A stretch of DNA of 63,960 bases, from contig NW_005434666.1 in the NCBI RefSeq assembly GCF_000315625.1, positions 124,001 through 187,960 on the forward strand, in the 5' to 3' direction. The DNA is from Guillardia theta CCMP2712 (lineage: Eukaryota > Protista > Cryptophyta). The notes below the pieces were generated by a model. It saw nothing but the letters and a program-made list of their open reading frames with translations. It was not told where the DNA came from and searched no databases. Positions 27,701-38,046 of the stretch are shown in pieces. Within the stretch, counting starts at the first letter, position 1; each line of letters opens with the position of its first letter. The position numbers and the translations under genes were made by a program.

Positions 27701-30670
27701 CGGATCCCTCGGCCTCCTCGGCAACCTCGTCTCTACCTCCATGTCCGTTGGCCTCGATCAGATGGCCACCAAGGGGATCGGCAGCAGTTTGTCCACAGCC
27801 CTCACGAGCATCGCGGCCAAGAACACAGTGAGGAGGACTATCAGGTCCTTGTTCCGAGCCCGAGCACAGGACGAGCTGAGGAGCGGGTCTCTCCACCACC
27901 AGGAAGGCAGCAGCTTGCGCTACAGCCTACTTGCTACAGCTGACCCGCAGTCTTCCTCCTTCCTCCAGACGCTGACGAATCTCAGCAAGTCTCAGACTCA
28001 AGCTTCTGTCCCTGACGAGGACGGGGCTCGCATCGCAACCGACATGATCGACATGGTGAGCTCAGACACTCTCATGTGAGCCTATTGCTGACCTTCCTTT
28101 CCTCCTCCTCCTCCTCCTCCTCCTCCTCCTCCTCCTCCTCCTCCTCCTCCTCCTCCTCCTCCTCCTCCTCCTCCTCCTCCTCCTCCTCCCCCTCTCCTCT
28201 TTCATCTCTCGCCCCGTCCTCTTTCTCCCTTTTCAAATCCCCTTTCCCCTGCAGGTATCCTCCAAGCTCAAACCTGACAGCGTCGGCGGTGCTGAACTTC
28301 GACCTGGCGGGGCGTCGGGCCCAGCCTTCAGCTTGCCCTCCAACGTGCTGGACGGGCAGCAGGGAGGAGGTAGTGTGAGCATGCAAGTGACGGGGCTGGG
28401 AGCGAGTCCCTTCGACTCGGACGCGAACTTGACGTCGGGCAGTGTGGCGAGCCTGACGCTGGGTGTAGAGGTGACAAACGCTGTAAGCCCGATCGAGCTG
28501 AAGATGCCACTGGGAGGACGCAACCTGTCTCTCTTCAACGGAACTCTTGACACCTGCCAGTTCTGGAACTACGTGACCTCCACCTGGGACGGGACTGGCT
28601 GCATTGCCAACGGGACGGATGGGGAGGGGAACCTGGTCTGCCATTGCTTCCACTTGACCGACTTCAGCGGCGTCGCCAGCTCCGTCCTGCCTGCCATGAA
28701 CATGCCGGACCCCACGAACCCGGCAGCAGCCTTTGCCAGCTTGTCCCCTGACAACATCGTTGTGTTCGTCGTGCTGGGAGTCCTGCTCCTCCTCTACTGG
28801 GCCCTGTGCTACTGGGGATGGAACAAGGACAAGGAGGACGCGAAGAGGCTGAAGGAGTACTCTCAGACTGTGAGCAAGAAGAAGGCTGCCGATCAAGTCG
28901 ACAACGCCATCGCATCTAACAATGTATTCCTCGTCAAGAAGATGCTGGAGGGCAGCATGTGGAAGAAGTTCTCTATGATGCGCAAGAAGTTCGTGAGCTC
29001 TGTGATGGAGCAGCACAAGCTGCTTGGAGGCTTCTTCGCTCGCAAGTCCAACTACACGCGCCCCCGGAGGTTCACCGTCCTGTTCTGCATGCTCGTCGGC
29101 AACATGTTCATCTCGGCTCTCTTCATGAGCTCGGGCGGGCAGCAGACGATCGTGCAGAAGATCGTGGGAGGTTTCATCTCCGCCATCATCATGTTCCCCG
29201 CCAGCTTCTTCTTCGCCTGGATCTTCAAGAATCTCGACATCAACGAGGCTGAGAGGAAGGAGATGCAGGAGGACGAGCTCAGCAAGAAGAAGATCCTCGT
29301 CAAGCAGACGGTTGCCGACATCGAGGCCCGAGGTCGATCGATAGGCAAGGACGGCAAGGTCGTGGCGGCCCCTCCCGCCGAGGACAACAACCTCAAACGA
29401 GGAAAACGCCACCATGTCCCCCACCCTGACGACGTGAGGTTTAGCGGGCCAGTGCTGGAGGGGACGCAGGCAGTCTTCAAGAGGAAGGTAAACTTCCGCG
29501 CTCGCATCGAGGAGGGGACAGGCGCCCTGGAGACCCCGGTGTCGGCGGGATGGCTGGCTGAAGAGGAGGATGAAGAAGACTCTTCACAGGGAGAGGCTCA
29601 GATCCCTAGGAGGTGAGGGAGGGAGTGGAGGCCTGCTGATGCGCCTGACCGTTTCCACAGAGCTCTTCCTATCCACATCACTCCTCCTCCTCCTGCCCCC
29701 CTCGTCGTCGGACGGTCCAGACCTTCGGTAAGGAGGAGGAGTCGACTGCTGCTGCTGCTGCTGCTGCTGACGGGTCACACAGTCCTCCCGCTCTCAGGGT
29801 ACAAGGATCTCAACCCCGTCCACCGAAGTTTCCCAGAGGTGACCCGCACCCCATCGTCTTTCTACCTCCTCTCCCCTTCTCTCCTCCCCTGTTCCCCTTC
29901 TCTCCTCCCCTCTTCTCCTTCTCTCCTCCCCTTTTCTCCTTCTCTCCTTCTCTGGTTTCATCCCCTCTTTCTCTCCTTTTCTTCCTCTTTGCTGTTCAGC
30001 TCCTCGTCTTTTTCTCTTGCATGCTCCACTTCCCTTCCCCTTCTCTGCCCTCTTTCTCCTTCACTCCCATTACCTCCCTCCTCTACTTCTGTTCCTTTCG
30101 TCTTCTATCCATTGGTTCTGTCGACCTGACTGGTTACGGACTTGAGCAGGAGCACGTCGTTCCGTGACCTGCAGCATGAAAAGTGAGATCTCCGATCATC
30201 CTCCCTTTCTTTCGCTACTGTCCTCCTCCTCCTTTTCGCCCTTCCTCCCTTTCCTTCCTCCCTTTCCTTTCCCTCCTTTCCTCCCTCCCTCCTTTCCTCC
30301 CTCCCTCCTTTCCTCCCTCGCTCTCTTTTTCCCTTCCTCCCCTTCTCTTCCTCTGCCCCGCTTCTCGAAGTCACTCCATCCTCCGCAGCGATCCCTCGAA
30401 GAAGGAACGGAGCGCAGCTCAGGATCACCTGCCCAAGAAGGGAGTGGAAGGAAGGAAAGGCTCCTCCATCGCAGACAAGGTAGAGGAGGAGATGATGCAG
30501 GAGCTGCGAAGGAGGAGGAGGCGCTCACGATGCTTGCAGTTGCTGGCTAAAGTTGTGAAGAACGTGACAACAACCAAGAAAGGGATCCCGAAGAAGAAGA
30601 TCCTGATCAGCCACAGGTGACTACAGACCTACCTCATCTTCCTTCGATGCCCCGCCTCTCCTGCAACCCT

Positions 30671-30713
<43 letters not shown>

Positions 30714-31647
30714 CCATCATCATCCTTCCTCCACTCTGTCTGCTCATCCTGCTGCTGCTGCCGCCGCCGCCGCCGCCGCCGCTGCTAGTCTTGCTTCTGC
30801 CCTCATCATCTTCGCCCTCCCCTCGCCATCAGTTTCTTCCTTCCCTCGCATCCTCATGCTGCTGCTCCCTCAGGTTTCAGTACCTGGCGTACGCTCTAGC
30901 GTTCGTGTGGTACATGCTCTGTATCTACTTCTCCCTCCTCCTCGGCGTCACCTTCACCAAGAGCATTGCCGAGGCTTGGCTGCTCGGCTTCGCCATCAGC
31001 ATCTTCCAGGTTCACCTCCTGTGCTTCTTCCCTACAGCCCTTATTTCACTCTCCTCGTTCCCTCTCCCCCCGCCTCTCCCTCTGCCTTCAGCTCTCTGCT
31101 CCTACCCCTGCCTCTCAACCCTTTTTCTCCTTCCCTGCCCTGTTCCTCCCCATCACTTTTCTTCCTCCCCCTCCTTCTCTCTCTCTCCCCTCCCTCCCTT
31201 CCATTCCCTCTCCCTCCCTCTCTGCTCATCTTATCAGCCTCACTCTGCTCGCAGGATCTCGTCGTCATGGAGACGATGAAGCTTGGAGGACAGACGGGAA
31301 TGAAACTCTTCGTGAAGCCTCAGGTGAAACCTCGTCCTCCCTCCTCCCTCCTCCCTCCTCCCTCCTCCTCGCCTCCCTCCTCCCTCCTCCCTCCTCCCTC
31401 CTCCCTCCTCCTTCCTCCCTCCTCCCTCCTCCTTGCTCTCCTCCTTCTTGCTCTCCTCCTTCTTTTCTCCTCCCTCTCTCCTCCTTCTTGCTCTCCTCCT
31501 TCTTTTCTCCTCCCTCTTCACCCATGACTTCCCATCCTCTGATCCCCTCCTCTCCTCTACCTCACATCTGACATGTTCTTCTCTTCTCAGATCGCAGTCT
31601 TCTTGGCCTCCCAGGTGGCCAACAAGTATCAGCCCGAGACGCAGTGA
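5335..31647 (+). CDS. Giant multi-exon polycystin-1-like protein: signal peptide, ~45 filamin/ABP280-type Ig repeats, REJ region, GPS, 5 TM
   Basis: Hydrophobic leader VSLLLLFIFEQIVLTSC. Repeated 'AG...F.I...D.[FY]GN...D..DG.Y...Y....G.Y.L.V......GSPF.V.V' units run from 5.5 to 25.3 kb. REJ-like region in ORF 23964-28079 (LVLDASSS, LNASTSLDFD, VNTPPSSGNFAVSPSEG, FRLECKYWVDDEEDLPLIYEF). GPS CQFWN..WDGTGC..CHCFHLTDF at ~28555-28665. TM segments at ~28750-29225 and 30874-31010. Last exon 31591-31647 ends in TGA. Start ATG could be 5335 or 5371. Confidence 0.85.
9798..9897. other. Assembly gap (others at 39415-39514, 55029-55211, 55963-56062, 58355-58455)
   Basis: N runs, all flanked by polypurine/polypyrimidine SSRs. 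Confidence 0.99.
28102..28189 (+). repeat. (CCT)n microsatellite inside an intron of the polycystin-like gene
   Basis: Pure CCT run; one of many intronic SSRs ((CTCCT)n, (CAT)n, (CCCT)n). Confidence 0.9.
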
Positions 31648-32279
31648 TAAGTGTGAATGTAAATAACAGTTCTCTGTAAGTAGAATTCAACTCAATTAAA
31701 CGTCTTCAATAATTAATCTTGGTTGCCTCCTGTGGGCAGCCGTCATAACTGAAATTGCCGGGGAGATTCTGAACACGACATGGGAGCGCTGTTACAGAAA
31801 GAGTGAGATCCAAGAGAAACTGATAGGAGAGGAGAGGAGAGGGAATGAGCAGTAGAAAAACACATCTCGACGGTCTCAAACATGCGATGATAGCCAATCT
31901 TATTGGGATTCACAGCATGGATGTCGTTGAAGGTATCACGCGCTGGATGTTTTGCAATGCAGTCAAGTCCAAATCAGTCTTCCCCTCTGATATCCTGTCA
32001 TCTCTCCTTCTCTCATCTCTCTCCTTTCCTCTCCTCTCCTGTCATGTCATGTCATGTCCTCTCCTGCTCCTCTCCTCCCCTCCCCTCCCCTCCCCTCCCC
32101 TCCCCTCCCCTCCCCTCCCCTCTCCTCTCCTCTCCTCTCTCATCGCTCACCTCTCCTCTCTCATCTCTCATCTTCCTTCGTTCATCTTCTCTGCCATCTT
32201 CTTTCGCTCTCTCATTGGACGCTATGCCATGTTGCGGGTCCGACCGATTTTGATGATTCTGTCAAGTGATGAGTAAAAA

Positions 32280-32750
32280 GGTGAATTAGAGGGGGTAGGG
32301 GTACTCAGATATTTGAAGGGGGTAGGGGGTATGAATTTTTGAGGAAAGGTCATGATACCTATCAGGCCATGGGGTACTTGAATAATATATCGGGGGTCAA
32401 TATAGTGTGAATTTGGGGGTAGGGGTCTGGCAGTACCGTGGTGACTATTTGATAACGACCCATGGGTGGTTGCTGGGAAGCTAGAGGTAGGGGTAGTCAG
32501 AAGAGAGTTGGGGGGGTAGGGTGGCTGAAATGGCGGCTGTGTAGTCCGGGAGGGGCTACGATAAAAAATGCGAGAAGAGAGAAAAGCGGGAGGAGGGGGG
32601 AGGGAGAAAGGGGCATGGGGGAGATGAAGAGTGGGGGCGGGAACAGTGGGAACAGGTAGGGAAGGTTAGGAAGATTTTTATGAGGATAAAGCTACACCAA
32701 GAGGCAGGTTGAGGAGGAGGAGCCGAAGGGAGGGAATACGAATAGTAGAG
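32280..32750. repeat. GGGGTAGGG-motif tract (representative of six such intergenic tracts)
   Basis: Multiple ggggtagggg copies; the same motif or its complement recurs at ~4130-4870, 43340-43720, 46390-47000, 50900-51450 and 61000-61140. Confidence 0.5.
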
Positions 32751-33169
32751 CACGTGTCATGCTTGATTCCCTGCATGCTTTTCATCTCCTGGTAGTTCCC
32801 TGAGCTACCGATCAAGTGGGACTCGAGCAGCAAGGATCTCGTAGACTATGAACGAGGGTCAGAGTTGTGTATCTCCGCTATCTTTATCAACTTGATCTGA
32901 CTGGTCGTGATTGTAATCTTGTACGTAGGACATGTGTAACTGAAAGCAGCTCGAGATGAGGAGGGGAGGTCATCTCGGTTACCCCGAGCGGGGCGGTGCC
33001 GGTCCGAGAAGAGGAAGGACACGTCAACGAATGCCTGTAACTTGCCGCTTCTATCTATTGTTTCTGCACCTTGATCCCGCTATGGCAGAACCAAGAATAT
33101 ATCGCCGACCATGCTGGCGCGCCGCCGGCCACCAACGTGAACTTCACCGTTCAAGTCCCGTTCGACATA

Positions 33170-36100
33170 GCAGAGGGCATGGGATGTAGAGCGATGGTGA
33201 CGCCGATGATCTGAAGCAAGTGACTGTACCTGACGTTGCTGGGCAGTACTACGAGGATGAGCAGTTCTATGACGCCACTGTCGTCAGGAAGTCCCGGACG
33301 GGCTGGCTCGTCTCTTTCGCTGGGTTCCCAGGAGAGCCTCTTCAGGATACAGAAGTTGCGGACATCCTCTCCCTCCCTGCAGCCACAGGACAACCGGCCG
33401 TCGCCATGCCCCAAGTCCACCAGCATCCTTCGGCCATGCACGGGCCGAGAGGTCCTCTTGCGCTGGACCCCAACGCCGCTCCCTTCTTGTCTCCGAGCTC
33501 GATTCATGCCTCGAAGGAGGGGATGGAATCTCCGATGGCTCTGCATGAGATGCCGCAGGGGCGAGGCCAGCACGGCAAGAACGTCCAGTCGCTGCACGAG
33601 AGGAAGGGGCCGTTGAGGAGCAACGCGAACCGGAGGAGAGGGAAGCGCGAAGGTTCGAAAGAGCAGGCGATGGCGTGTGAGAGTGATTTTTGGACTCAGA
33701 AACGTCCATCCCGCACAATCATATGGATTCCTACTGGGTGGAAGCCGGGGCCCTTGCGGAGGGAATGATCTGCAAAGGCCTGGTAACTTCAAGTAACCGT
33801 AGCTGGGTTGACCGTCTGACTGCTGGCAGTACTATGGAGACGGCCTCGGGATGTACTATGATGCTGTCCTGGTGAGACAATCCAGGAGCGGATGGTTCCT
33901 ATCCTTCGTCGGGTTCGAGCACGAAGAACCCCAGGACACCGTTGAGTCGGACATCGTGTTTGCGAACTGGGCTGAGTGCAAGGCGATGTTCTACGATGAG
34001 AAGGTTGGAATGACTTCGGGTCGGAAAATTTGCGAGGAGAGCTTGTGACATGGTGAGCAGAAAGTGTATGTTGGCTATCGGGGCCCTCGAACTGCCCAGG
34101 GATACCTTGTTGGCTTCCAGGGGTTCGAGCTGGATCCGTGAGTGCTGATGAGATGACCTCGTTTCCTGCTCACTCGCTCCCTTGGCAGATGTCAGGACAC
34201 GAGGGAGGAAGACATCGTCATGCTGGACGGCTCGTCGAAGCAGAAAGGGAAGCAGGACCGGCAGCAGTGAGTCGGACGCTCGGGGTTGAAACTTGTTGAC
34301 TTGCGATGGCGCACAGGAAGCCAAAGAAACATCAAGAAAACGAGGACGGCAAGGGGGAGAAGAAGCAAGGGGCTAACCCCCAGACTCCTTCCAGGCAGAA
34401 CGAAAGACGAGCGGACAAGGCAAAAGCACCTGAGTCTCCCGCCCATCCTCCCAGCGGGGAATCAGCAGCCGAGGAGGCTGGTAACAGCACTCCGAGTGCT
34501 CGTGGGGGGAAGCAAACAACCAAAGTGACCAAGCCCAAGGACTGCGTCGTGCACGCGAAGAACCTCGACCCGGCCGTCACACGTCAGCAGCTCTTCACCT
34601 TCTGCACCAAGACCGTCGGGTTGATGCCTCTGTCAGTTCACATCCTCTCAGTGCGGAACTCTAAGGACACGGAGGGAGCAGGCTCGTCGAGGGGAGTGAT
34701 CGTCTTCGATACGGCACAGGACGCGCAGAACTTCTTGTCGAAGGCTCACGGTCATCGTTTCAAGGGGAGAAAGCCCTTCTTCCTGGTGAAGCGCGAGGCC
34801 TCTGGGGCCAAACCTGAGGCAGCCCAGCACAAGACCGACGAAGGAGGATGGTGGGAAGAGGAGGAGGGTGTTGAACACGCGGATGCTGAGCAGGAAGGGG
34901 AGACGGGGGATGGGGGAGACGAGGCCAAGGTCCAGCTAGGGTCGCTCTACGAGGCCATGATCGGCGCAGGTGCGGGTTTCTTGTCGGAGGAAGGAAGTAA
35001 GAAGGAGGTGGAGGAGACAGGCATCGTCTTCGGGATGTCCCTCACGTCTTGCAGCGACTCTTCTCAACGGATCGCACTTCACGTGCTCAGGGAGGATGGA
35101 GGGAGTACGAAGACGTCTGAGCTTCAGGGCCGGCGGCTGCTGATCAAGTCCATGGAGGTGGCCATCGCTGTCCCCACCCACTTCACCTTCCTGGAGAGGA
35201 TGCACGTCAGACAATCTCTGCTCCTCAAGGTCCCCGGCCTATCATCCTGCAAGCTCCACATGGTCGACTCCATGACAGCAGCAGCTGTTGAGTTCGTGGA
35301 CGGCTGGTACAGCAACGTGTACGACGTGGCAGGCATGGAGGTCCTCCTGCTAGAGTCCAGCTCCGAGGTCACCGCGATCGGACTGGCACGAGTTGGGCCG
35401 AAGAAGGCGGATGTGCTGCACACGGAGGAAGCGATGGAGCTGGGCGAGGATCGTGTGCTGGAGGAAGTGTCGAGATGCCTGGCGGAGGAGGTGGAGGGGG
35501 AGGTGGACAGGCTGTACAACTTCAAGTGTGAGACGTGGACTGAGGAGGACATGGAGGACCTGAGGCAGCTGGCGCAGGAAGTGATCCGAGTCCTGAGCCA
35601 GAGGGAGGAGGCGCACGTCACTCTGTCCTTCAGCCCTTCAGCTCGCGACACCTCCATGCAGGTCGATTTGCGCGTGAGCCGCGCGCAGCTGGTGGAGATG
35701 CTGGGGAAGAGAGGAACCGTCCTGGCGTCCCTGGAGAGGCTGGCGAGCAGATTGATCAGCCAGGCAGGCGAGCAGGGGGAGGTGAAGCTACTGAGGGGCG
35801 TCGCGCCTGTCGGGGCGTCTCACTGCGGAGCCCTGCTGGGCCGTCTGCTAGCAAAGCAGCTGGGCATATCACCGGACAACATCCACATGTTCCTGCAAGA
35901 CTCGCGGAACGTGGCGGCCGGGGCTGCTCGAACGGTCCTGTGGGAAGCGCCGGCAGGAGGGAAGGAAGAGAGTCAGGAGGAGGGGGAGCGGGTGGCTCGG
36001 AGGTGTCGGGTGCCGTACTCATGTGCTGTCCTCCACACGGCAGAGGAGCCGAGCAAGTCGGAGGCCATCATCATTCCCTGGACGGCGATGGACCGCGAGC

Positions 36101-37196
36101 TCCCGCTGACCTGCACTGTCAATGTATGGGGGAGGAGAGTGGGAAGACGAGGGAAGAGCGAGGAGGGAGGGAGGGAGGGAGGGAGGGAGAAGGATGATGG
36201 AGGGAAAGGGTTGACACAGGAGGGGAGAGGGGAGAGAGCGGGAGGGGAAGACAGAAGAGGGGAAGGAGGAGGGAGAGAGGAGGAGTGGGAGAGAGTGGAA
36301 AGATGAGGAAAGGGAAACTGGAAGGAGGCAGCAAGGACGATGGGAATGGGAAGGTATCGTCACTGACAACGTGCGAACTTCAGGACCTCGACAATGTGGC
36401 GAATCAAGATTTCATCATTTCATACCGAGAAGGAGGAAGAGTGTTGGCTTGTTTGCCGCTGTAAGTTGTTGGAGGATGCAGGATGATGATGATGCAGAAC
36501 GATGATGATGATGATGATGTTGACGATGGTGATCATGATAATGTTGGTGATGATGATCATGTTGATGATTATGTTGAGGAGGAGCTGCTGGTCTCTTTAC
36601 TCTCTTTGGCTCTAGGGCTGGAAGCGATGAAGTCACCATCACCATTGACAGGGATGGATGCTTGAGTAAGTGATCCTTCCTCCTCTCTCCCTGTCCTCCT
36701 CCTTCTCGTGTACCTCCCCGCCCCTGTTCCATCGTCTCCTCCTCTTCTCATTCTCCTGCAGGTCATCAGACGCGCGTCGGCGGCGATGCCGTCGAGTCTC
36801 CCATCAAGCTTGAGGCTCCCAACTTAGTTTATCACACCAACCTTGAAGGTAGACACTATCACCACCACAACCTCCTCCTCCTCCTCCAACTCCCACCACC
36901 CTCTTGCTCCTCCGCTCGTCGTGTTCGGTTGAGCTTTGCCTCTGCTTTCGCTATCCAAGCACCCAATACTTGCTGTGTTTGTTTATTGTTCGCTCCTCAA
37001 CCGACCTCCCTCTCGTCTCTTCCTTTCAAGCTAGTTTCTCTCCTCGCATCCTCCTCTAGCGGGTTACACGTGCTGACTCCCTTGTGTCCTCCATGCCCTC
37101 CATCCCTCTTGTTCTCACTCCCGCGCAGCAGGAAGCATCGTCGACATGGAGGTTGAGGCTGTGGCTTCGTCCTTATCTCCCATCCTCCAGCGATGA
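33170..37196 (+). CDS. Multi-exon protein with three Tudor-like repeats, PAM2-like motif, RRM and a degenerate Hsp70-type ATPase-fold region (true start probably upstream, ~32850-33100)
   Basis: Repeats CRAM|YYEDEQFYDATVVRKSRTGWLVSFAGF..EPLQDT, CKGL|YYGD..YYDAVLVRQSRSGWFLSFVGFEHEEPQDT and CKAMFYDE..GYLVGFQGFE. LDPNAAPFLSP at ~33460-33495. RRM VHAKNLDPAVTRQQL..GVIVFDTAQDAQNFL..HGHRFKGR at ~34545-34790. VAIAVPTHFTFLER..DSMTAAAVEF and LGEDRVL..LRQLAQEVIRVLS..VSRAQLVEM at ~35155-35705. Confidence 0.7.
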
Positions 37197-37397
37197 AAAC
37201 AGGAGGAGGAACGAGGAGCAGGAGAGCAGGAGCAGCGCTTTCCCCATGCACCCTTCATTGAACCTTTCTGACCCTCCTCACGCGCGTTCCTGCAAGTAAC
37301 AAAGGCTGCACATTTGATCCCTCCTCCCCCTGCCTCCCCTGCCTCCTCCTTGTGCTCCTTCTTGCCACCCTCCTGCTGCATCCTTCCTATCGCCATG

Positions 37398-37989
37398 TCA
37401 CAGCTCAGGGCTGGCAGGATGGAAGGTGAGGGTCCGGGAGACGTTTGTTACGCTCCTGTGCCTGCTCGTCTGGTCAAGGACCCCCCCCTCCTCCTCCTCC
37501 TCCCTTACTTCCTGTCGATGATCTCAAGGAGGAAGAGGCGTCGACCAGCCCTTACCCCGTACATGACGAGCGGAAACTCGCGGTAACACCTGGGCTAACA
37601 TGGAGATGAGGGACGCGAGTGGAGGAGGAGGACGAAGACGAGGAGGACGAGGACGAGGACGAGGAGGACGAGGACGAGGACGAGGAGGACGAGGAGCGGA
37701 GGAGAGATGTGACGATGAAGGATGAGCAGAGGAAGGGGTCAAACAAGCTAAGAGGAGGAGAGGGATGGGGAAAGTTTGGAGGGAAAGGGACAAGAAATCC
37801 TGTGATGTTCCTACTTGAATCTTCTGACGGTCCTCAGGGTTTCCTCCCTCCTCGCATGACCTGCGACCATGTCAGTGGGAGGAGGGGGAGGAAGGGGGAG
37901 AGGGTGTGCAAGAAGAGGAGAACGAAGAGAAGCCCGAGGAGCAGGGGCAGGGACAGGGAGGAGCAGGAGCAGGAGGGGCAGGGACAGGG

Positions 37990-38046
<57 letters not shown>

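Noticed and set aside
15565-29507. Long antisense ORFs (e.g. 16528-17502, 22208-22777, 28072-29424)
   Set aside because: Shadow frames of GC3-rich coding exons of the giant gene; no motifs.
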